Assembly: GCA_043782485.1 (NCBI GenBank)
Contig: JAYWAL010000023.1
Span: 38,336 to 102,335, forward strand
Length of the DNA stretch: 64,000 nt
Direction: 5' to 3'
Source of the DNA: Acidobacteriaceae bacterium
GTDB lineage: Bacteria > Acidobacteriota > Terriglobia > Terriglobales > Acidobacteriaceae
Part shown: piece by piece, positions 28,513 to 38,404 of the stretch
How the letters are laid out: each line of letters begins with the position of its first letter
Numbering within the stretch: position 1 is the stretch's first letter
Translations under genes and position numbers: made by a program
The notes under the pieces: generated by a model
Databases searched by the model: none
Seen by the model: the letters and a program-made list of their open reading frames with translations, nothing else
Told to the model about the DNA's origin: nothing

Positions 28513-29039
28513 AAGACTTCCGCGCTAGGGAACGGCAGCTTGGCCTTGGCCAAGGCATCCGAAAGCAGGTCTTCAATCTGCGGCTCTTCGCAGTTCTTCG
28601 ACATGGCCAGCTCGCTCACCAGCAGATAGCGCGCCCGTTCCAGCATCTTTTTCTCACGGAAAGACAGCGACTTGCCCTGGCTCAGTACGACCAAGCCCTT
28701 GAGCACCGCCGCCACATCGAGCAAGGACCCGGTGCGCATACGCTCGGAATTCTCTTTGAAGCGGTCTTTCCAGTCGGTGGAAGCGGCCACGGCGGCGGAC
28801 ATCAGGTAGTCCAGAATTTCCTTCACTTCAATGTTGCGAACTACCTTGCGCAAGCCCACATTGCCCACGTTATGGCACGGGATCATCACCTTGAGGCTGC
28901 TGGCCTTGATCTTGAGCAGATAGAACTGCTGAACACTCAGGCCGATGGTCTGGCTGCTGATTTGTTCGATAATGCCCACCCCGTGGTTCGGATAGACAAC
29001 TTTGTCACCGATGTGAAAAACGGAGTCGCTAGCGATCAT
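28503..29039 (-). CDS. carD: CarD/CdnL family RNA polymerase-binding regulator
   Basis: Start re-set to ATG 29039. MIASDSVFHIGDKVVYPNHGVGIIEQI is the canonical CarD N-terminal Tudor-like motif. Confidence 0.9.
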   Translation of the reverse strand: MIASDSVFHIGDKVVYPNHGVGIIEQISSQTIGLSVQQFYLLKIKASSLKVMIPCHNVGNVGLRKVVRNIEVKEILDYLMSAAVAASTDWKDRFKENSERMRTGSLLDVAAVLKGLVVLSQGKSLSFREKKMLERARYLLVSELAMSKNCEEPQIEDLLSDALAKAKLPFPSAEVFEA

Positions 29040-29365
29040 GCAGGACACCCAGAGAGCGCGGAAGGAGTGGAAAACGCTCTATTTCTGAGTCTAGTCCAGG
29101 AATCGGAAATGGTCAATGGGATGAGCACTTTACCCGGGAAAATGCCACCATTGGGCAGGTAAAAACTTTGCATACTTCCGCCCTAAGTCGTTGATTATCC
29201 AGTTATTAAGTACCCCAGCTTCCAGTCGCCCCCCACGCTTTCGGGGGGTGCTTTCTCGGCCACCCTTGTCGATCTACGGCTCTTTCGCGCAGGCGGTATA
29301 ATGCTCGAGATTGAGCTTAGTTCGGAGTGGCGTTCGTTCACATCCCCAGTCGTTCACGACAAATT

Positions 29366-29839
29366 ATGACGGAACACATCAAGAAAAAGCTCCAGGAAGA
29401 GATCAACCTACTGGAGCACGAGCTGACCCACGAGCTGCCGAAGGAAATCAAGACGGCTGTGGCCCTGGGCGACTTAAGCGAAAACGCCGAATACCACATG
29501 GCGAAGCAGCGCCAGGAATTCGTCCAAGCTCGGTTGAGCCAGCTGACCAAGCGCATGTCGGATCTTTCGCTCATCAACATGGCGAACATTCCGCATGACC
29601 GCGCTGGGCTGGGTTCGACGGTGGTGATTTTCGATAACAGCAAAAACGAAGAAATCGAGTATAAGCTGGTGACCTCGGAAGAATCGGACGTCAGCAAGGG
29701 ACAAATCTCGACCACTTCGCCGATTGGGCGCGCCTTAATTAACAAAAAAGTCGGCGATTCGTCGACCATCGTGACCCCGGGCGGCAATCGCGAAATCGAA
29801 ATCTTGAAGCTGACCACCATGCACGATATTGCGGAATAA
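29366..29839 (+). CDS. greA: transcription elongation factor GreA
   Basis: Start re-set to ATG 29366 (MTEHIKKKLQEEINLLEHEL). DLSENAEYHMAKQRQEFVQARLSQL and the C-terminal ...TSPIGRALINKKVGD. Confidence 0.9.
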   Translation: MTEHIKKKLQEEINLLEHELTHELPKEIKTAVALGDLSENAEYHMAKQRQEFVQARLSQLTKRMSDLSLINMANIPHDRAGLGSTVVIFDNSKNEEIEYKLVTSEESDVSKGQISTTSPIGRALINKKVGDSSTIVTPGGNREIEILKLTTMHDIAE

Positions 29840-29842
29840 GGA

Positions 29843-30487
29843 ATGAGCATGAGCTGGACCAAAGAATTCGGGAAAGCCTGCGGCGTCCTGCTCGATGCCA
29901 TCGTGAATTGGCTCGCGCTGGCTCGCATCAATCCGAACGCGCTCACGCTGATTGGACTCGGCGTGAATACCGTCGCCGCCATTCTTTTCGGCTACGCCAC
30001 GGCGGACAACCAGCGCCGGATGTTTTTTTACGCGGGCCTTGTCATCATTGGCTCGGGGTTTTTCGATTTGGTGGATGGCCGGGTCGCCCGCGCTTCGAAT
30101 CAGGTTACGCGCTTCGGCGGATTCTTTGATTCCGTGGTGGACCGCTACTCCGACGTTTCGCTCTTTTTTGGCCTGCTCGTTTTTTACGCCCGCGGCAATC
30201 GCTTTTTTTATGTGGTCCTCACGGCGCTAGTCATGACCGGCGCGGTCATGGTCAGTTACGCCCGCGCCCGCGCCGAATCGCTGATCGGCTCCTGCCGCGT
30301 CGGCTTTCTCGAACGCCCGGAGCGCCTGGTGTTGCTCATCATTGGCGCGCTGTTCAACCGTATGGCCCCCGCTTTGTGGGTCATCGCCGTGCTTTCGAAC
30401 ATTACGGTAATCCACCGCATTCTCTATACGTGGCGACAAACGCAAATTCTCGACGCCGCCCAACCTTCCGTCACTCGCGCAGCATAA
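29843..30487 (+). CDS. CDP-alcohol phosphatidyltransferase family protein
   Basis: Motif DLVDGRVARASNQVTRFGGFFDSVVDRYSD matches D-G-x2-A-R-x8-G-x3-D-x3-D. Multiple TM segments. Confidence 0.85.
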   Translation: MSMSWTKEFGKACGVLLDAIVNWLALARINPNALTLIGLGVNTVAAILFGYATADNQRRMFFYAGLVIIGSGFFDLVDGRVARASNQVTRFGGFFDSVVDRYSDVSLFFGLLVFYARGNRFFYVVLTALVMTGAVMVSYARARAESLIGSCRVGFLERPERLVLLIIGALFNRMAPALWVIAVLSNITVIHRILYTWRQTQILDAAQPSVTRAA

Positions 30488-30620
30488 TTCCGCCCAGAAT
30501 CATGGACGAATCACGCAGGGACCGGCGCCCTCGCCTGTCCAGCCGGGCCAAGCCCGGCAGCCCACCTAATTGCCGCTGGCAGACCTCCTCAACACTGCTT
30601 TACCCTGTCCCTAAGGCGTC

Positions 30621-31088
30621 ATGAATGTCCTCTCCCAAGCCGAAACTCCCGCCCAACTCGCCCAGGCCCGCGAACTCTTCCTCGAATACTCCGAATCCCT
30701 CGGCTTCAGCCTCTGCTTCCAGGGCTTCGACCAAGAACTAGCAGGACTCCCCGGCGACTACGCCCCACCCGATGGCCGTCTCTACCTTGCCGAGCACGAT
30801 GGCCAGCTTGCTGGCTGCGCCGCCCTGCACCGCCTCGACGATATCTCCGGCGAGATGAAACGCCTCTACATCCGCCCCAATTTTCGCGGTCTGGGGCTAG
30901 GCCGCATTCTCGCCGAGCGCATCCTTGCTGAAGCTGCTAGCATCGGCTTTCAACGCCTCCGCCTGGACACAATCGCGGGCAAGATGGACGACGCCATCGG
31001 GCTGTACCGGCGTCTAGGTTTTTGCGAAATCGAGCCTTACCGGCAGAATCCCATCGCCGGCGCGCTTTATATGGAGCTGAAGTTATGA
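30621..31088 (+). CDS. GNAT family N-acetyltransferase
   Basis: 155 aa. The acetyl-CoA binding segment is LYIRPNFRGLGLGRILAERILAEA. Confidence 0.85.
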   Translation: MNVLSQAETPAQLAQARELFLEYSESLGFSLCFQGFDQELAGLPGDYAPPDGRLYLAEHDGQLAGCAALHRLDDISGEMKRLYIRPNFRGLGLGRILAERILAEAASIGFQRLRLDTIAGKMDDAIGLYRRLGFCEIEPYRQNPIAGALYMELKL

Positions 31089-31849
31089 AAATCAAAGTTA
31101 TGAAAATGAAAGCCGTCCTAGTTCTAACCGCCATCCTCTTCGCCGCCGCCACCAGCGCCTTCGCCGCCACCGCCGAGCCCGTTTCCTACAAAAGCGGCGA
31201 CGAAACCGTCCAAGGCATTCTCTACACCCCCGAAGGCAAAGGCCCATTCCCGGCCATCGTCGCCATCCACGAATGGTGGGGCCTCAACGATTGGGTCAAA
31301 GAGCAGGCGTCCAAGTTAGCCGACCAGGGCTACGTCACCCTCGCCGTCGATCTCTACCGGGGCAAAGTCGCCACCACGCCGGAAATGGCGCATGAAATCA
31401 TGCGCGGGGTGCCCGAAGACCGCGCCGCCCGCGACCTCCGCTCCGCGGTCGCCTTCCTGCGCTCACAAAGCTACGTCAAGAAAGACCGCATCGCCTCCAT
31501 CGGCTGGTGCATGGGTGGAGGCTATTCCCTCCAAACCGCCCTCGAAGTCCCCGACCTGGCCGCCACCGTCATCAACTACGGCCACCTAGTGACCGAGCCC
31601 GAAAGCCTGGCCAAAATCCACGCCCCCATCCTCGGCCTATTCGGCGGCAAAGACCAGGGCATCACGCCGGAAGATGTCAGCAAATTCGAAGCGGCTATGA
31701 AAAAGCTCGGCAAGCAAGTCGATGTCAAGATCTACCCGGAGGCCGGACACGGTTTCGAAAATCCAAACAACAAAGCCTCCTATCGCCCCGACGACACCGC
31801 TGACGCGTGGAAGCGCACCGTCGAGTTCCTAGCCGCAAAATTGAAATAG
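31085..31849 (+). CDS. secreted dienelactone hydrolase family protein
   Basis: Start re-set to ATG 31085 (ATGA overlap with the GNAT stop). Signal peptide MKIKVMKMKAVLVLTAILFAAATSAFA. IHEWWGLNDW...GWCMGGGYS (nucleophile elbow)...EAGHGF. Confidence 0.85.
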   Translation: MKIKVMKMKAVLVLTAILFAAATSAFAATAEPVSYKSGDETVQGILYTPEGKGPFPAIVAIHEWWGLNDWVKEQASKLADQGYVTLAVDLYRGKVATTPEMAHEIMRGVPEDRAARDLRSAVAFLRSQSYVKKDRIASIGWCMGGGYSLQTALEVPDLAATVINYGHLVTEPESLAKIHAPILGLFGGKDQGITPEDVSKFEAAMKKLGKQVDVKIYPEAGHGFENPNNKASYRPDDTADAWKRTVEFLAAKLK

Positions 31850-31965
31850 CAAAACTCACGTAGCGGCAGGCGCCCCCGCCTGCCGAGCACGAAAGAGTAT
31901 CAATCGACCTGGGTCCTTCAGTAGCGAGGGGAACTGCGGCTCCCTAGCATGCTGAAACAGTTGCG

Positions 31966-32424
31966 ATGCAGTCATCTACACCGATACAGAAAATGAAGCA
32001 AGACGCATCATCTCGGCATGGAGTGCGGCACCGCACGAAAAGCGCGCCTACTGGAAAAGTATTGAAGGCTAAGTCCAAGGCAAGTTCCACCGCCAACTCC
32101 GACGCGGGCACCGACTGGAACAAGCTTCGCCGCCGAACTCCCGCGGCAATCCGCGCTGGCATCGACTCCGACCCTGGAATCGTCGCGACAAATGAAAGCT
32201 TCTGGAAAGACGCGACCCTCGTAATGCCAACGCGTAAAACAGTTGTGACCATGCGCCTGGACGACGACCTGCTCCAATGGTTTCGACGACAGTGCGGCTA
32301 TCAAACCAGAATCAACGCCATCCTCCACACATACATGGTGGCCAGGCATCCGACCGTCGCGGATAGTTATGCCCGCCTCTTGGGCCCATCCACCATTTCC
32401 CCTTGCCAACAGGTACCAAACTAA
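31966..32424 (+). CDS. BrnA-antitoxin-like (DUF4415-type) protein; no BrnT partner seen
   Basis: The C-terminal half TVVTMRLDDDLLQWFRRQCGYQTRINAILHTYMVA matches the BrnA/DUF4415 signature (RLD.dvl.WF...GYQtriN..Lr.y). Long basic N-terminal extension. Confidence 0.6.
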   Translation: MQSSTPIQKMKQDASSRHGVRHRTKSAPTGKVLKAKSKASSTANSDAGTDWNKLRRRTPAAIRAGIDSDPGIVATNESFWKDATLVMPTRKTVVTMRLDDDLLQWFRRQCGYQTRINAILHTYMVARHPTVADSYARLLGPSTISPCQQVPN

Positions 32425-32472
32425 TTACTATGCGAGTCTGCTTGGGTTGGACGTTTTGACCCCTCGGCTCTT

Positions 32473-32823
32473 ATGAACATTGGCATAACGATCAAAGACT
32501 ACCGTCTGCAAAAAGGCATGTCGCAAGGCGACATTGAAAAGCGCACCGGCCTGTTGCGCTGCTATCTTTCCCGTGTCGAGAACGGTCACACCGTTCCCTC
32601 GCTCGATACCCTGGCCAAAATTGCCGGTGCCATGGACATGCCTCTCTCCCAGTTCTTCATGGAAAACGGCCACGAGAACGGCGCCAAGAACCTGCCCAAG
32701 CTGAGCGAAGACGAACTCCGCTTCGTGACCCAAATGCGACGCTACACCGGACAACTCAATGACAGCGACCGCAAGCTGGTGCTGGCTATGGTGAAAAAGA
32801 TGGCTAGCGGAACGAACCGCTAG
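32473..32823 (+). CDS. XRE-family helix-turn-helix transcriptional regulator
   Basis: IKDYRLQKGMSQGDIEKRTGLLRCYLSRVENGHTVPSLDTLAKIAGAMDMPLSQFF is a typical HTH_3 domain. Confidence 0.8.
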   Translation: MNIGITIKDYRLQKGMSQGDIEKRTGLLRCYLSRVENGHTVPSLDTLAKIAGAMDMPLSQFFMENGHENGAKNLPKLSEDELRFVTQMRRYTGQLNDSDRKLVLAMVKKMASGTNR

Positions 32824-32962
32824 AGTTAGCGTGGCGCAGTCGTTCCAGAAATGCCGCAAGCCGTTGAATCCATGTGTCTTATCCCCCTTCCTGGCTCCTC
32901 GTCTTTTCTTGTTCCAGACAGCGAAATTCGTGCTAAAATCAGGCGGTCGTTCGGAGCGCGCC

Positions 32963-34528
32963 ATGCTTTTCGCTTCTTCTCGCTGCTGGTTTATGGTCAC
33001 CCTGCTGGGTCTGCTTGCTTACAGTGCGTCAGCCGCAACTCCGGCAACCTACATTTACTTGAACAGCCAGCCCGGCGACTACATCGGGCAAGGTATGACG
33101 CACACCTTCACCCCTGCCGACGGCACGTTTTCCATATTCAACACGACCAGTACCGTCAGCGTCTACTTTCACAACGCGGACTACAGCGAGTCCTGGTATC
33201 TCGTTTTTGGTTCGCCTAAGTCCCTTAAATTCGCCAAGGGAGAATACGAAGGCGCACAACGAACACCGTTTCGTTCCCCAACGCGTCCGGGGGTGGACGT
33301 CTCGGGAGACGGCCGCGGCTGCAATACGGATGCCGGCCAGTTTCTCGTCACCGACTTCGCGCTGGCGACCGATGGCACCGTATCCCGGCTGGCCATTGAC
33401 TTCGAGCAGCATTGCGAAATATTCGGGCCAGCACTCTACGGATCCATCCGTTACAACTCTGCCACCACGCAGGTCTCTCGACTGGGGATTGGCGCCGTAA
33501 GCACTTTCAAAGGCAATGAGGGAGCCAGCGATGCCTTCGCTGAAGTCGCACTCTCCATTCCCAGCACTAGCCCCGTCACGGTGCAATACGTCACCGTCGA
33601 TGGCACCGCGGTGCAAAGCTTGGACTATCAAGCAACCATCGGCACGGTCACGTTTCCGCCTGGATCCACTTCACAGACCATCGCCATTCCAATTCTCGGC
33701 GACCGGCTCGCGCGCGGCAACAAGCAATTCAAACTTTCTCTGAAAACGCCCGTGGGCGCATTGTTGGGCGCGACTTCCGCCACGGTGCTCATCCGTGATC
33801 CGAATATCACTATGAACGCGCTAGCTATGAGCAGCCAACCCGGCGACTATATTGGCCAAGGGCAGCAATATCTGATCACCCCTTCGGACGGAACCTTCTC
33901 TATCTCCAACAACGCCAATACGGTGTCCTTGAACATCAATAATGGTGACTACTGGTCGACCGGTTTCGCTGGTCCGACCACGGCGCGCCTCACCCCGGGC
34001 CAATACCTCAACGCTCAGCGTGTTCCCTTCCAACCCGCAGGTACGCCAGGACTGGACGTCTCCGGCGCAGGACGCGGCTGTAACACCCTCACCGGGAACT
34101 TTGACGTCTTGAAAGCGAACTACAATTCCGCAGGTGTAATCCAGGCTTTTGCCGCCAATTTCGAGCAGCACTGTGAGGGCGGAGTGCCCGCGCTATTTGG
34201 ATGGGTGCGCTTTCATGCGCTGCTGCAGCAGTTCTCGGTCACCAACGCGATCGTTCAAGGCTCGTCGGCCGTTTTCACAGTGACGCTCAATCCAGCGCTC
34301 GCTACTTCCACAAGCGTGACGTTTTCCACCACCGATGGCACCGCCTCGTCCCTCTCCGATTATGTGGCCACCACCACAACGGTTGCCTTCTCGCCCGGCA
34401 TGACAACGCAGACTGTCACCGTTCCGTTGCTGACGGTGGGAAATTCGCCGCTCAAAACGTTCTATGGCCAACTCTCCTCGCCTACCGGAGCGGCGGTATG
34501 GGTCAGCCAAGGGTCAGCGAGCTTCTAA
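32963..34528 (+). CDS. secreted protein with a duplicated [unknown about 190-aa module + Calx-beta domain] architecture
   Basis: Start re-set to ATG 32963 (signal peptide MLFASSRCWFMVTLLGLLAYSASA). Calx-beta-like segments are VQYVTVDGTAVQSLDYQATIGTVTFPPGSTSQTIAIPILGD and VTFSTTDGTASSLSDYVATTTTVAFSPGMTTQTVTVPLL. Confidence 0.7.
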   Translation: MLFASSRCWFMVTLLGLLAYSASAATPATYIYLNSQPGDYIGQGMTHTFTPADGTFSIFNTTSTVSVYFHNADYSESWYLVFGSPKSLKFAKGEYEGAQRTPFRSPTRPGVDVSGDGRGCNTDAGQFLVTDFALATDGTVSRLAIDFEQHCEIFGPALYGSIRYNSATTQVSRLGIGAVSTFKGNEGASDAFAEVALSIPSTSPVTVQYVTVDGTAVQSLDYQATIGTVTFPPGSTSQTIAIPILGDRLARGNKQFKLSLKTPVGALLGATSATVLIRDPNITMNALAMSSQPGDYIGQGQQYLITPSDGTFSISNNANTVSLNINNGDYWSTGFAGPTTARLTPGQYLNAQRVPFQPAGTPGLDVSGAGRGCNTLTGNFDVLKANYNSAGVIQAFAANFEQHCEGGVPALFGWVRFHALLQQFSVTNAIVQGSSAVFTVTLNPALATSTSVTFSTTDGTASSLSDYVATTTTVAFSPGMTTQTVTVPLLTVGNSPLKTFYGQLSSPTGAAVWVSQGSASF

Positions 34529-34580
34529 CGGGCATCCGGTTGATTGACGCAGCCCGGCAAATGCTGGCGCGGCATGGATC

Positions 34581-37205
34581 TTAGTGAGTTACCCTGTCCC
34601 CATCCAGCCAGAACGTCACCGCCCCATCCATGTCCGTCCGGTACGTCGAAACACCCTTTAGCCGTTCCAGCACTTCCAACTTGGGCAAACCAAACGGGTT
34701 TCGCATCCCCACGGAAATCACCGCAAACCGCGGATGGACTGCTGCCAAAAACGCTGGCGTGGCGGAGGTCTTGCTGCCATGATGGGCAACTTTCAGCAGC
34801 GTCGCCGCCGGATTTCGCTCCACCATACGCGCCTCGCTAGAGGCCTCGGCATCGCCTTCCATCAGCGCCGACGTCCCGCCATAGCTGATCTTCAACACCA
34901 TCGAATCGTTATTGCCGGGCCGGAAGCTGCGCCAATCCCGTTGCGGAGCTAGCACGCGCACCGCCGTCCCGCCAAACTCGAATTCATCGCCATCGAAATG
35001 CTGCTGTACGGAAACCCCCAGCTCCCGCGCCTCGGCCAGCAGCCGCGCCAGGTCTTCATTGGGAGAAATCACACTCAGCCAAAGTTCTTTCGGGCGAAAA
35101 TTTCTGAGAATGGAAGCCATCCCGCCCATGTGATCGGAGTGAGCGTGGGTCAGCGCCACCACATCCAGCCGCTTGAATCCGCGAGACCACAGGTAGGGCG
35201 ACACCACATTCTCGCCCACATCAAACTCGGTGAGGTGCGGCCCACCCGTCGGCCCACCGGCATCAATCAGCAGAGTCTTCCCTTCCGGCGTCACGATCAA
35301 ACTGGAATCGCCTTCACCCACATCCATCGAAGTCACCTCCAAAACGCCCGCTCGAACACGCGGATGGGTCGGACCCCAGCCGATCCACAATGAGCTGGTG
35401 ACCAGCGCGGCCATTCCGAGGGCGGTCCAGCGCCAGCGCCGCCGCGCCAGCAACATCGCCGCCGCAAGCGCCAGTCCGGTTGCGGCCACCACCCAAGGCT
35501 CAGGTGTCGGCACGCGCAGGTCCGCCAGGCTTAGCCCTCCCAACCTGCGCACCGTCCCCGTAATGGCTGCCAAGGCAACGCTCGACACCATCACCGGAAT
35601 TCGCGCCAGCCATCCGGCAAGGTAGCCCAAACCAACCGCCGCCACGGCTGCTGGCATCAGCAGCTCCGTAAGCGGCACCACCAGCAAGTTCGCGGGAATG
35701 CCAAAGCTGGTAGCCCGATGAAAGTAATAGGCCATCGGTAGCGCCAGGGACACCTGCATTAAGGCCGAAATCACCACCAAGTCGAATGCCCCAAATAGCG
35801 TACTTACTCCGAAAAGCATGGTCCACTCCACCGTTCGGGAGGCAAAGTGGTGATATCGCAATAAACGTCGCACGCGGGCGAATACCATCCGCAGGTCCAG
35901 GCGCAGCTGAACCACTTTCGGGGCCAACACAGGGTCGTATTCCAAGGAATCCAGGTGCCGCAGCCCAGCCCGATAGGGCGCGGACGTCCGCTCCAAGACC
36001 GGGACGCCAGCGGCCGCAATCGCCAGTACACACAAAAACGTCAACTGAAAGCTGGCCGCTAAGACTGCCCTCGGGTCCAGCAACATCAGTGCAAGGGCCG
36101 CCGCTCCCAGCGCGTTCAGCATGGAGCGCTCCCGGTACAGCAGCCGGGCTCCCAGATACACAGCCATCATCAAAACAGCCCGCCAAACCGGTGCGCCTAC
36201 ATTGGTCAAAATCGCGTACAAAATCGACATTGCCATGGTCAACGCGCTGGCCGCCAAATCCCCGGCACGCAGCCGACGCAGCAACCAGAAGCAAACAAAC
36301 GCCAAAATACCAACGTTCATGCCTGAAACCACCAGAATGTGAAACGTCCCCGACCGCTGAAAGTCCGCTCGCGTGTCGCGGTCGATGAATGCGTCCTCGC
36401 CGATGACCATGGCGTCAATCAGCGCCGCCTGTTCCGCTGGCCAGAGCTGGTGGATCCGGCCAATCAGGCTGCGGTGAACGCGGGTGCGTAGAAGCTCCCA
36501 GCGATTCCCCGTAAACCCTTGTAAACGCTGTACTTTGTCAGCACGAACCGAGGCGGTGGCCGAGATGCCTTGACCCGCAAGATAGCCAACGTAGTCGAAA
36601 GCCCCTGGGTTGTGGTAGTTACGAGGAAAACGAAACTTGACCGGAAAACGCAGGCGGTCGCCGTAGCGCAGGTCGGGAAATTTCGCGCTCGGTTCTTGAG
36701 AATCGACGTCAGAAACATCGTCCAACCCAACGCTGCTCTGGCTGCCCTTTGGACTGAACAAGTTGAGACGCAGTCCAGCCGTAAGTGTTTTATTTCCATC
36801 GTCGAGATTTACATCCTCGGTGACGACATCCACACGCTGCCGAAGCCCACCCTGCAACGTGGGAGTGACTTCTCCCGCTGCCATCACGTGGGCGGAAACT
36901 TCTACCTCAAAGTCTTCTGTGGGTAGGGTTGCTGTTGGTTCGGTGGGCGAGTGTAGTTGCGCCGCCACCATGGCGAGGCAGAACCACGCCAAAAGTGCAA
37001 AAATTTGCGCACATCGCGGGCGCTTCCACGTCCAGAAGGCCGCCGCAGCCAAAAAGACGGCGATGGTGGCGAACCACCCGGGTGCCGGTCGCCATAGGGA
37101 CAAGCTGCAAGCCGTTCCCGCCGCATAGGCGAGTGCTGCCCAGAGCAGGGGCGCCCGCGACGCCGACAACGCCAAAGGGCCCGCCGCATTCGAGGAAGCT
37201 GCCAA
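34581..37205 (-). CDS. comEC: DNA internalization competence protein ComEC/Rec2 (with metallo-beta-lactamase domain)
   Basis: 874 aa. Polytopic membrane core (HILVVSGMNVGIL...) and a C-terminal MBL motif LTHAHSDHMGG. Confidence 0.9.
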   Translation of the reverse strand: MAASSNAAGPLALSASRAPLLWAALAYAAGTACSLSLWRPAPGWFATIAVFLAAAAFWTWKRPRCAQIFALLAWFCLAMVAAQLHSPTEPTATLPTEDFEVEVSAHVMAAGEVTPTLQGGLRQRVDVVTEDVNLDDGNKTLTAGLRLNLFSPKGSQSSVGLDDVSDVDSQEPSAKFPDLRYGDRLRFPVKFRFPRNYHNPGAFDYVGYLAGQGISATASVRADKVQRLQGFTGNRWELLRTRVHRSLIGRIHQLWPAEQAALIDAMVIGEDAFIDRDTRADFQRSGTFHILVVSGMNVGILAFVCFWLLRRLRAGDLAASALTMAMSILYAILTNVGAPVWRAVLMMAVYLGARLLYRERSMLNALGAAALALMLLDPRAVLAASFQLTFLCVLAIAAAGVPVLERTSAPYRAGLRHLDSLEYDPVLAPKVVQLRLDLRMVFARVRRLLRYHHFASRTVEWTMLFGVSTLFGAFDLVVISALMQVSLALPMAYYFHRATSFGIPANLLVVPLTELLMPAAVAAVGLGYLAGWLARIPVMVSSVALAAITGTVRRLGGLSLADLRVPTPEPWVVAATGLALAAAMLLARRRWRWTALGMAALVTSSLWIGWGPTHPRVRAGVLEVTSMDVGEGDSSLIVTPEGKTLLIDAGGPTGGPHLTEFDVGENVVSPYLWSRGFKRLDVVALTHAHSDHMGGMASILRNFRPKELWLSVISPNEDLARLLAEARELGVSVQQHFDGDEFEFGGTAVRVLAPQRDWRSFRPGNNDSMVLKISYGGTSALMEGDAEASSEARMVERNPAATLLKVAHHGSKTSATPAFLAAVHPRFAVISVGMRNPFGLPKLEVLERLKGVSTYRTDMDGAVTFWLDGDRVTH

Positions 37206-37275
37206 GACGCGTCTGAGGACAGTCCAAGGGGCCCATCGAGCAAGTGCAACCGCCTGATTCTAAGCCGAAATCGGG

Positions 37276-38133
<858 letters not shown>

Positions 38134-38237
38134 GGTGGAAAGTGTAAATGACCCCGAGAAAAAGAGGCTCGCGAGCTTGGCTGCGCATGAGCGAGGCCTG
38201 AGCGGACTTTGCGCGGGGCAACGGCGGCCGCGACGGA

Positions 38238-38282
38238 CATGCTCACGACAGCCATGCCCACGATAGCCATGCTCACGACAAA
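38238..38282. repeat. 15-bp tandem repeat x3 (catgctcacgacagc / catgcccacgatagc / catgctcacgacaaa)
   Basis: Read directly from the sequence. It lies in the divergent lpxI / 38405 intergenic region. Confidence 0.85.
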
Positions 38283-38404
38283 CGGCTCGCAATGTGCCCA
38301 ACTACCGGCACCGGGTCATAACACTTCCGGAACTGGGTCGCACTCATTTTTGTTATCGATTTGGGCCATGTTCCGGGTTAGACTTTTGCCTGGGGGATCT
38401 ATAA

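Noticed and set aside
32428-33000. 190-aa minus-strand ORF overlapping the XRE regulator gene.
   Set aside because: It lies opposite a clear HTH_3 gene and the 5' end of the Calx-beta gene, and it has no recognisable motifs.
35500-36294. 264-aa same-strand alternative-frame ORF inside comEC, plus other nested ORFs such as 33029..33631 and 26296..27102.
   Set aside because: They sit in a different frame or on the opposite strand within well-supported genes. Their composition is low-complexity, and they have no start context.
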